A stretch of 64,000 nt of DNA from Eledone cirrhosa (Eukaryota): NCBI GenBank assembly GCA_964016885.1, contig OZ024751.1, positions 41,106,001 to 41,170,000 of the forward strand, given 5' to 3'. Position 1 is the stretch's first letter. Every line of letters starts with the position of its first letter. The position numbers and the translations under genes were made by a program. Positions 26,538 to 37,558 of the stretch are shown here, piece by piece. Below the pieces are notes generated by a model, which was not told where the DNA came from, ran no database searches, and saw only the letters and a list, made by a program, of their open reading frames with translations.

Positions 26538-28584
26538 TATATTATTTAATAAAAGTATGTACATAATCATAACACAAAAATATACAATCAAAGCCAAAAC
26601 AAACATCAATTCAACACGAAGTTCCTCAATCGGTCACACAACAATCTTATTTTCTGCTTTAATGAAATTTATAATCGTAGTTCACTACATGTATGTATAT
26701 TTTTAAACATTTCACTTCAGTTAACTTACTCATGTGTTGTTTTTAATTCATATATTTATTTATATTACATTCATTTCTTTCGTAATAAGTTTACGTCACA
26801 TCTTTAATATAGAAAAGTCTTAAGTTTGTCTCGAGTCCGGAGGCTCAACAGGTCAGTGCGTATCCTAATTTTTAAAGAATGTAGCGATTGAAACTACAAT
26901 ACTTTCCCCATCACGGGGTATCGAGCCTGGTGGTTCATCAAACCAGTGCTTATCCCGGATTTCGAAGTATCTGAGAGTACAAGACTCCTCCCTGGATAGG
27001 ACGCCAGTCCATCGCAGGGTTAGACCCTGAGCTGGCACTCATTTTCAGATAGGTATACTGGAACGTGAAATTAAGTGTTTTGCTCAAGAACACAACACAC
27101 ACATTATGATCGTAACTACAAACTCATATACAACTAGGCCACAAATAGCCTTTCATTGATTACATTTTTCTTGATAAAATATTATTATATCATATAAAAG
27201 GTTAAAATGAGAATTTTATAATTATGCTGTTAAAATTCTTTATTAATTAACTCAAAATAAATTGTATAAAATGTTGTCATAATTGGAACTAATGTCCAGA
27301 ATCCGAAACTAAGGTATTGAATCTGAAACTAACAAATTAAATAACAAACAATTTACGTACCAAATATTGATAAAGTGTTGAAATATATCTTTACCTGATT
27401 AACTAAATGCATTCAATGCGTCCCTTCATTTTTAAGATCCACATGATTATTAGAAATATATAGAGATATTATAATATACTAAGTAAATAAATATTACAAT
27501 AGATAAATAAATAATATATATTATAATACAGTCGATAGATATGACTACTTTTCTATGATTTTATGTTTCAACTTAAATAGGTTATTTTCCAGGTGGATAT
27601 TACTCTGGTCAATATTTCGTTTGGTATTCACTATTCCTTATCTATGAAAGGCAAGACTTAATATCCGGTTGAACATGCGCATTATGAAATCATTTCAGAA
27701 CAAATTTAGTTTTAACATAGTAATTCATTTATTTCAAATTTGCCAAATACATTTACAATACACGATTAAAAGAAAGAGAAAAACGGTGGATGGTTTATCT
27801 GCGTTGGTAAATATTTAAAGTAAGCTCAACTGTAGAACTTCATTTTTTAAAATAATTCTATCACTGTTTATTGTATTTAAAATTGAAATATTAGAATATC
27901 TGACATTCTCAAGGTTATAGGGTGATTTCTGGCTTTGGTGGTGCCTTTGGCTCTCTGACGTAAAATAACGAGGAATTTAACAATTTAAACTTAGTCACAG
28001 AGGAAAAAAACAGAACATTTATTTCTTACGGAATTTAATAACTAATTAAATTATATTAGGGAACTTTCAAAATATGACACCGGATCCATTCATGGGAGGT
28101 AAACATGGTCAACAACACCGCTCATCGAATATCTTCATAATTTCATCTACTCTGATGGCATTAGTACTGATTATCCTATGTTAAGGTATGGATAAAATAT
28201 GGCGAACTACATTTTTCAGGGTAGGTGTTCCATCAACAGTATCAATGAATATTTTATTTCATCGCAAACTCCGATTCTTCTTTACTTTTCAGCTGTCTTT
28301 CAAATTTAAGAGTTCGTATTCTTGTATTGCCACCACAAAGCACATTTTCTACGTCTGTATATCATTTGTGGGGAAAAAAAATTCTTAGGTCCATACGCTC
28401 ACATATTTATAGATGGATCCCGAGTTAAAAAGGTACTCAATACATTAGTAGGGTGTAAACATCACAAATTTAATTTAGAAATGGATTCTACAGGACTAGA
28501 ACTGTTTCACAGACTACTTTATATTGTGAATTGGCTGTGCCAGGACAGGTTGTAGGTTATAATCACGAACACTCACTCATATGA

Positions 28585-28908
28585 TCATCATCATTTTACG
28601 TCCGCTTTTCCCTGCTTGCAAGGGTGGGGCGGGAACTGATTCTGGCTTGATTTCTACAGCTGGATGCCCTTCCTAACACCAACCTAATTTACAGTGAGTG
28701 CTGTGTGCTTTTTTGTCATGGCACCTCCACGATCACTTTGCAGTGGAATGATAGGGATCCAGTCCCTATCATCTCATTTCTACAGCTGAGTAAACTGGAG
28801 CAATGTGAAATAAAGTGTCTTGCTCAAGGAAACAACACATCACTCGGTCTGAGAATTGAACTCACAACCTTTCGATTGCAAGACCAATGCTCTAACCACT
28901 AAGCCATG
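28585..28908 (-). mobile_element. SINE family A
   Basis: Reverse complement of 8390-8723. Confidence 0.85.
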
Positions 28909-29258
28909 TGTGGTACACTAATATTTTTCTGACATTCAGCTTACACCATCATATCTTTTCATGTTTTTCAGATGTGCTGCCTGAGTGTTCCATTACAATC
29001 TGTAGTCAAAGAATGTTGATTCCACCGCAACATCTGCCACCTGTCATGTTTGGACTGACTATATTTTTTAGACTACATAGGATCCATTAAATATATCCAC
29101 ATTTATTAATGTGGAAATACAGACCTTTGTCAACAACATGTGTGCCACATGAAGGAGACCCAGTCAGCAACAAATATTTTGCATATTTCCCAAAATATCT
29201 CAGACAAGAAATTGAACAATAATAGATTATAATCACAGATAGTCCTTCGATAACTACT

Positions 29259-30587
29259 ATGGCAGATGTTAATTCCATGGATACTTCCAACAGAGTTGTT
29301 TTTAAAAAAATAGACACAGTTACACAAACATACAGTGGTGAGAAACCTTTACACAGTAAATCATTTGCTAAACAAAGATCAGTACACAGGAATATTCATT
29401 GTAAAATATGTGGGAAATCTTTTGTCAATAGCAGTAATTTAACAAAACACAAAAGAATCCACACAGGCGAGAAACCATTTCAGTGTGAAATATGTGGCAA
29501 ATCTTTTACACAGAACTCTCATCTTGTTATCCACATACGTAGTCACACTGGAGAAAAACCTTTCCACTGTGAAACATGTGGGAAATCGTTTGTTGATAAT
29601 AGTTACTTAACAAGTCACAAAAGAATTCACACTGGAGAAAAATTGTTTAAATGTGAAATATGCGGAAAGTTATTTATAAACAATTCAAAACTTGTTATCC
29701 ACAAACGTATCCACACTGGAGAAAAACCTTTTCATTGTGAAATATGTGGGAAATCATTTGTTGATAATAGTTATTTAACAAGTCATAAAAGAATACATAC
29801 TGGAGAGAAATTGTTTCATTGTGACACATGTGGAAAATCGTTTATTAATAAATCAAAACTTGCTTTCCATATAAACTGTCACATTGGAGAAAAACAGTTT
29901 TATTGTGAAATATGTGGGAAATCTTTTATAAATAATTCGAAACTTACTAGCCACAAAAGTAGTCACACTGGAGAGAAACCATATCATTGTGAAATGTGTG
30001 GGAAATCTTTTATCTATAACAGTAATTTAACAAAACACAAACAAATGCATACTGGAGAAAGACTTTTTCACTGTGAAATATGTGGCAAATCTTGCATTAA
30101 TACATCAAAACTTGTTATACACATACGGAGTCACACTGGAGAAAAACCCTGTCACTGTAATATATGTGGGAAATATTTTGTCTCTAACAGTAACTTAACA
30201 AGACACAAAATAATACACACTGGAGATAAACCATATCACTGTGAAATTTGTGAAAAGAAATTTGTAAATAATAGCGATTTAACTAAACATAAAAAAATAC
30301 ACACAGGAGAAAAATTGTTTCACTGTGAAATATGTGGGAAATCTTTCATTAATAATTCTGATCTTGTAGTTCATATACGTAGTCACACTGGTGAGAAACC
30401 CTACCACTGTGGAATATGTGAGAAATCATTCTCGGTTAAATCTCATCTTGTAGTTCACAAAAGAATACATACTGGAGAAAAACCATTCCACTGTAAAACA
30501 TGTGGGAAATCTTGTACCACTAACAGTAATTTAAAAACACACAAACGGATACACACTGGAGGGAAAACTTTGAAATGTGAAGCATGA
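29259..30587 (+). CDS. C2H2 zinc-finger protein ZNF7, 442 aa, 14 fingers
   Basis: ORF with tandem fingers and the shared leader. Confidence 0.95.
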   Translation: MADVNSMDTSNRVVFKKIDTVTQTYSGEKPLHSKSFAKQRSVHRNIHCKICGKSFVNSSNLTKHKRIHTGEKPFQCEICGKSFTQNSHLVIHIRSHTGEKPFHCETCGKSFVDNSYLTSHKRIHTGEKLFKCEICGKLFINNSKLVIHKRIHTGEKPFHCEICGKSFVDNSYLTSHKRIHTGEKLFHCDTCGKSFINKSKLAFHINCHIGEKQFYCEICGKSFINNSKLTSHKSSHTGEKPYHCEMCGKSFIYNSNLTKHKQMHTGERLFHCEICGKSCINTSKLVIHIRSHTGEKPCHCNICGKYFVSNSNLTRHKIIHTGDKPYHCEICEKKFVNNSDLTKHKKIHTGEKLFHCEICGKSFINNSDLVVHIRSHTGEKPYHCGICEKSFSVKSHLVVHKRIHTGEKPFHCKTCGKSCTTNSNLKTHKRIHTGGKTLKCEA

Positions 30588-31280
30588 AAAACCTTTTTTT
30601 CTATTGCAAATCCAAACTTATTGTTAATCAACAAGTACACATTGTAGATCATTATCATGAGGAAATATGTTGGAAATTCTCATCTTATAACCTTTTCACT
30701 AAAATATTTAGGAAATCCTTATTTGTAAATTATATGATTATTCAAGACCTGATAGTAGAAAAATGCATACATTTTGAACGAGAGACTATATGAATGTGAA
30801 ATAATTGTGAAGTATGTCTACAGTTATAAATCACAAATACAGGCAGGAGAAAAATTGTGAAATATGTTGGAAATCATTCTCTGAATCTAGTCTAGTTATC
30901 CACAAATACACCCTGGAGAAAGATCTATTTGTTATTTGTCTCTTACAGATACACATCTCATTAATCATGACTGGAAAAACACATGGGTAAAAACCTTATG
31001 GATGTGAAATATGTGGAAACTTATTCTCATTCAGGACATCTTAGATATAACTAACTATATATAGGAGGAAAATATTATGATTTGTTGAAAACATTAACTA
31101 CAAGTAAAAAGAAAAATATTACTTATTTTATAATAATTTTATAGATATTAAATTAAAATCTTGTAACAATATTTGTTGATTGTTATTTTCTGAAGTCAAA
31201 ATTTCTGAACTAAAAAGTTATTTAACAAAATATTGTTTAATAAAATTGTCTCTATACATAACTTAGAAAAACCTAAAGAT

Positions 31281-31566
31281 GGAGGCACATGGCTTAGTGG
31301 TTAGAGCATTGGCCTTGCAATCGAAAGGTTGTGAGTTCAATTCTCAGACCGGGTGATGTGTTGTTTCCTTGAGCAAGACACTTTATTTCACAATTCTCCA
31401 GTTTACTCAGCTGTAGAAATGAGATGATAGGACTAGGGTCCATATCATTCCACTGCAAAAAAGCACTGTAAATGAGGTTGGTGTTAGGAAGGGCATCCAG
31501 CCAGAATCAGCTCCCGTCCCCCCCTTGCAAGCAAGGAAAAAGCGGATGTAAAATGAAATGATGATA
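31281..31566 (+). mobile_element. SINE family A (internally deleted)
   Basis: Same head and tail as 8390-8723, inserted at the homologous site (cctaaagat|). Confidence 0.85.
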
Positions 31567-33221
31567 GTGATTCCTATAGCTTGGTTTTAGTGTCAGCAGT
31601 CATATTGCTACCTTGATTGGATAGAAATCTAGACAGGTGGGTTTTGGATCTTTGGCTGGTTTTATGGTGACATCCATGTTTGGATAGTGGTTGCCTCGCA
31701 GCTCATACAAACATGGAAAATTAGTGAAGATAAGGTGGAGTCTATCAGTAACCATCTTAGTCAACACTTTCTATGAAATGAAACTGTAAATAGCACCTGG
31801 CTTTGCATCATCGTTTTTCCATGCTTGCGTGGGTGTCCTTACCACATCTCCAGCTTCTTAGACACACATTTCATTTACCATAAATGAAAAAACACAAAAA
31901 GTAAAACCTGATAGATGAGAAATTTATGGAAGTTTCACTCAAAAAACGTTTGATATAATCAAATACATCACCATTTAATTTCTGCTTTTCCTGTTAGCAA
32001 AGGTTGGACCATAGAGGAAAATATTGCTACATCTTCCATTGTATTGGCTGTTGTAGGTGTATATAACTATATATCTGTTATAGGTAGATATATTATTAAT
32101 TGTTGCAGGTGTGTATATATAATTACATTATATTTGTTATAGTGTGTATATATAATACATAACTGATCCAATCTTTAAGCATGAGCTCAAGACTCACAGG
32201 CTATTCTAAGCAATTCACAATTAGGTTTGAAGATTTCATTGTGGAATCTGTTGGTACTTTATATATATTTTCTTGAGATGGATGCCTTTCCTAATCTCCT
32301 CCACTTTGATGGTCACCAGTTGGATTTACATTACATAATCTATACCAATGGCTAATAATATAGAAACAATTGACTATATAGCAGTCTCCATCCTAATCCT
32401 TCTCTTCTATGGGTCTTTTTCAGCATAGCATCTCTCCATTCTGTAAACTTTGAATATTGTATTTGGCGCATTTTATCATTTGACCGGTACTTCAGTGTAT
32501 ACCAGATACATATACTGGGTGCATTTTATTGTGGCACCAATAGAATCAGCTCCACCTCTCCATTTTGAATCTCCAGAAACCTTAATCCACACATCCCCTA
32601 TTCCATGTTAACTAACATGTACCAAGTTCAATTTACCATGCACTGTAAAATAGGAAATGCTTGCCACTGCAGTTAACAGCAGTAGTTGACGTACTAAGGC
32701 TTTCCAGTGGGAACATTTCCATATCCAGATTAAAGACAAATATTTGCATAAAGCTATGAAACCTGAGTAACCATGAGGTCACTTGATTCATTAAGGAGGC
32801 AAAGTGTTGGACAACACACTTTGTGATATTTATGACTTTCTATGTTCTGAGTTCAACTTTTACCCAGGTCAGCCAGGCTGCTCATCCTTATAAGATTGAC
32901 AAAATAAAACACCAGTAAAGCAATAGAGTCAATTTAATCTTTTCTTTCTTTCAAATTGCTGGCCTTGGGCCAAATATAGTCAATTAACTTCACCATTATT
33001 AATTAATGATTGCATGGTATAGTTTTAACTGTAATATTCCTGACATTCTATTGATTGAGCTCCCCAGAGGCACAACATCACCTTTGAGGACAGAGGGGCT
33101 GGCATGAGTAGTACCAGTTGGCTATATGCAGTCCCATCAAGCAAGATGAACCAAATACTAATGAAAAAAAACAACTTCGACAATTCATCAGATAGAAACC
33201 ATTTTATTTAAACTGAATACT

Positions 33222-36200
33222 TTATCGCTTTCCTCCAATTCTCGGTGCCTTTACAGGAACTGATTTGGCAGCTTTTGATTTCGGGTTCAGTGCTTTTGCA
33301 CCCGCCTGTAAACAAATATAAAAAAAAACTTTCAATAACACAAAATAATTTCATATTGACATTTTTACATAGCCACTTCATCACAATCTCACACCTGTTT
33401 CCCCTGCCAGCAAGGGATGAACAGATCCTCAAGTGGGGCTACTGACCTCTCAAATGGACCAAAGGCTTGCACCTTGCTTACACACAATGCAAAGCCCTAC
33501 TAAGTACATTTTGTAAATTGATACATTCATAAGTTAAACTTACTGGCTACTCATCTCAGGAGCAACAAATTCAAATATTTTATGGCCAGATAGGGAAGTT
33601 GACCACCCTATCTTACTACAATAACAGAAATATAACATATTCTATTACTGATTTTACAATTGGGATTTTAATAGTGGTGTATTTTATATTTGATCTTTGT
33701 AGTTGATATTTTAAGGGGGACACTAATTCTTTTAGAAACAATTACCCAATTAAGCAGTTGTAATCTTGGTAAATATCACAGAAAACAATTCAAGCTGAAA
33801 TGACCATTTCCTTGCTCTTTCTTTGAAAGGTTTTATAAAAAACAGGCAGAAGATACTGACATATCTAGTTAGATTGTTGTATGAGGCACGTGTACCCAAT
33901 AAACTAGATGTACCAATAAATCAACACATTTTCACACACATGCAAAACTATTTAAAATAAAACAAGGTAATAAAAACAAATAACCTTTGCAGGTGCCTTG
34001 GCCGTCTTTTTCAAAGCATCCTTAGCTCTCTGTTTTTCTTTAGCAGCTCTGTAAAAAAAAAATTGTAAAACACTTTAAAATAAGATACAACACAATGCTG
34101 ACCTATCAAACTGTTGTACAAGTTAACCCACAACACTAGATCAAAATCTCTATTTCTCTCAATATTCAGACTAAAATGAGAGCTACCCCCACATACTAAG
34201 GAAAATAGATTGCGCTGGCTTAGCCAGGACTGCATACATGGTGATCCAACTAGTTGACTCATTTCATTTTACATCCGCTTTTCCCCTGCATGCAAGGGTG
34301 GGACGGGAACTGATTTTGGCTTGATTTCTACGGCTGGATGCTCTTCCTAACACCAACCTCATTTACAGTGAGTGCTGGGTGCTTTTTTGCCGTGGCACCT
34401 CCACGACCACTTTGCAGTGGAATGATAGGGACCCCAGTCCCTATCATCTCATTTCTACAGCTGAGTAAACTGGAGCAATGTGAAATAAAGTGTCTTGCTC
34501 AAGGAAACAACACATCACCCGGTCTGAGAATTGAACTCACAACCTTTCGATTGCAAGGCCAATGCTCTAACCACTAAGCCATGTGCCTCCATTGACTATC
34601 TTTTGAAATCTAAAATGATGACTATATACTGTTTGTTGCCCAGTTTAATAGTCACCTGGAGATTCAGAGCATTTATACTTAATGAACAGAAAGTGACTTG
34701 GGACTACACAGGTAAAATAATTAGCTGACAAAGGCCAAACCAGAAGGTTAATACAGCAAAACCTCACCTAACACTTCCTTTCTTAGTGTGTGGACCAAAG
34801 TCAACTCAATCTCATAAATGAATGTATTGGCCATTGCATAATACATTTGATGAAATTCAAGCTACATTCCCAGAAACTAGAATATGGGTGGCACATGAAC
34901 AAATTGCAATGTTTAAAATCAATAGTTCAACAGCTTGGTAGACACACATGGCTACCTCTTTGGTCATGTAGTAGTCCAGTACCATTGTAAACTGTGGTCA
35001 AAGGGAAAGGAGACCAAAGCCTAGTAACTAAACGAGACAGGCACGAAGCTGATGCACACTAAATCATAATACTTACTGAAAGTTAGTGTGACTAATGAGA
35101 TTCATCTCCAACTGTCACAGCAGAAATACAATAAAAATACTTTACTTTCTGCAGAAATTATAACATGGACTACAGAAAAAATTGATAAATATACAGAGAA
35201 CATTTAGTAGAGGTCAACATATTGGATTCTCAACCACGTATTATTGATATTACTATAGATCAATTACTGAATCATGTTTGGAACTGGACGAAGAGAATTC
35301 ACTACTAAAGATATGCCATCAGTCTCAAGAACCGGTATGTATATCCTCCATATATATGGCAAAATCAGGATACAAATTAGAGCTCATCATTTGGCATATA
35401 GTAATATAAATATTGACCTCATCAAACATCACATTTCCACAATATACCAAATTCCTCAACATCTAAAATAGGAAGAGGCTATGTAGCCGGTAAGAGTGTC
35501 AGACACCATGAATTGTGGCCCGAAATCTTTTCCACCATCAATTGTTAAAAAAACAAGTTAAAATCATCATACACTTCAGTTACAACATCTACACGTAAAT
35601 ACATAAACAGATAGACAGAAAGGGGCTGGAGAAACGCTATAGCTATGTGTATTGCACCCCTCTAGAGTTTACCGGCTATATAGCCTATTCGTTTAAAATA
35701 CAGACAGAAATACGGCTACAAAAGAACAAAACAACACTTACCTTATAGCCTGTTCCCTCTGAGCTTTTCTTACTTCTGGTTTCTGGTTACGTTTGGCCAA
35801 AATATCACTTAAAGTGGTACCGGCAATGGCCCTCTGGAACTTGGCTGTTCTACGTGTCCTCTTCTTAGCCACCTCTTCAGTTTGGCCCTTCTTGTGTTTA
35901 CGACGATACAAGACAGTCCAGTTAATCTTTCGAGGATTACGTTTCATTTTAAACGACCGTTCACATTTCGAGTTGAGGAACTGCAGAACCTATCAATAAT
36001 CAATAAATAAAAGCGTTAATTCCAGTAATTGGAAGGCAAAGTGATTGATACAACTTCAGAAATTGTCTAACCTACTACAGTGAGTCCGCATAAGAGTATA
36101 GCATAATCAATTCCCGTTTATATATTTTCTATATAATTTAGTCCGAATAAGAGTATAATGAATACGGTAAAGTAAATTGGGCTTATAATGTTACATAACC

Positions 36201-37318
36201 ATTTTAAAACAATTCAAAATAATAATAGAAGAGGTGGAAGAAGATTATATTGAAACCGAATTAACTAGAAAGGTTAGTATGTATTATTTTTATATTTCTA
36301 ATATGAATGTGCATAGGTAGCAAATATAACTTTAATCATGGAAAAGAAGGAATAAATACTTTGTTGACTGTACGGTCCTATATGATGCAATCGTTTGAAA
36401 ATTTTGAAATATTGTTTAATTTATCTATAATTTGCAATAATTCTTGTTGAATTTCTTGGTGTAACTTTCATCTTTTTTTAACTTATAAATGCATTTAAAA
36501 CGATAATAAAGCGATTTTTAATCATCGAAAGACTCAAAATAATAACACTATGGAATATTTTTTACTTAGTCCGGTTAAGAGTATTTTCCATTCCCGAGTG
36601 TATACTCTTAAGCGGACTCGACTGTAAATATAAAGATCGAAAGTAAACAACAATATAGTAACCCGTGTTATGTCGAACAAATATAGATCTGTAAATATTC
36701 GTCATTAATTTATCAGACTATTGGTTTGTAAACCATTGTTATTTGTGACCCTTTAACAGAATCGTGTTCGATTTAGGTTAATGAATAGAGAGAGAAAGCA
36801 CATGGTATCTTGTCAGATTTCCTATCTTTTTCATATGAAAAATATACTTGTGACTTTGTATATATCTGCTATTGAAGTTATCAATATGTAATTACCAACA
36901 GAACCTAAGATAGTATTTAAAATAGAAAATATTGAAAGAAAAACTAAGAAATGTACAAATATCAGTTAAAAGATCACATTAACTTCCGTTATTACTAACA
37001 CTACGCAGTTTATATTGAAAAATTAACGTTAAGAATACGATCAAGGAAATTGTAATTATATCTGTGACATTAATAATTAAATAATTAAATAAATATATAA
37101 ACATTTACCTTGCCATCGGCTTTAACCATACGTTTTCCATGGCCAGGATAAATTTTATAACCGCTGAAGCTGCACACTTCGATCCTAAAAAGATCCCGAA
37201 AATCAATAAATCAGTTATGTATATATAAATCATCAATATAAGCAAAATATAACTTCGATTTTAGAATTTAAATACACGATTTTTCACGGATAAGAATAAA
37301 ACTGTGTACTTACTTCAT
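33222..37318 (-). CDS. RPL24: 60S ribosomal protein L24 (eL24), 158 aa, 5 coding exons: 37314-37318, 37109-37184, 35742-35989, 33985-34048, 33222-33305
   Basis: Spliced with GT-AG introns it gives [62 protein letters not shown]...APRIGGKR* (477 nt). AATAAA at 33203-33208. Confidence 0.98.
34259..34590 (-). mobile_element. SINE family A in RPL24 intron 3
   Basis: Reverse complement of 8390-8723. Confidence 0.85.
35311..35399 (-). ncRNA. Candidate intronic box C/D snoRNA
   Basis: Sense to RPL24: ATATGCCA-a-ATGATGA (C, 35384-35390)...CTGA (D')...TGGAGGA (C'-like)...CTGA (D, 35319-35322)-TGGCATAT, with a perfect 8-bp terminal stem. Confidence 0.8.
35495..35575 (-). ncRNA. Candidate intronic box C/D snoRNA
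   Basis: AGTG-t-ATGATGA (35564-35570)...TTCATGGTGT-CTGA (35499-35502)-CACT; canonical 4-bp terminal stem and k-turn geometry. Confidence 0.7.
36078..36624. mobile_element. Tc1/mariner-superfamily MITE in RPL24 intron 2
   Basis: ta|CAGT(C)GAGTCCGCWTAAGAGTATA terminal inverted repeats with TA duplication; subterminal copies near 36140 and 36568. Confidence 0.8.
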
Positions 37319-37558
37319 GATGATAAGTTTCTGAAAGAAAGGATATGGAAATGACAAATAATACTTCCGCTATCACGCAGCAAATATTACGAATAAAAAT
37401 AAACTATAAAATCCTTTATTCACTAATATTAATTTTGATTTCACTAATATTACTTTTAATTTGTAAAATTAATTTTAAATGCTATTATTTTATATAAATA
37501 TATTAAATGTGATCAAATAAAAAATAAAAAACTAGTTACCTCGGAGTTCTTGTTCAAG
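37319..37558. promoter_or_regulatory. Compact bidirectional promoter between RPL24 and the CEP97-like gene
   Basis: 240 bp between divergent ATGs. On the minus strand there is a pyrimidine TOP-like tract CCTTTCTTTC (about 37333-37342) and an ETS-like GCGGAAGT (about 37363-37370). Confidence 0.65.

Noticed and set aside
33378-33384. GTGATGA C box in RPL24 intron 4
   Set aside because: The nearest downstream CTGA is inside exon 5 and there is no terminal stem.
33370-33620. Intronic RNase P/MRP RNA
   Set aside because: Conserved regions CR-I and CR-V were not found in the correct order on either strand.
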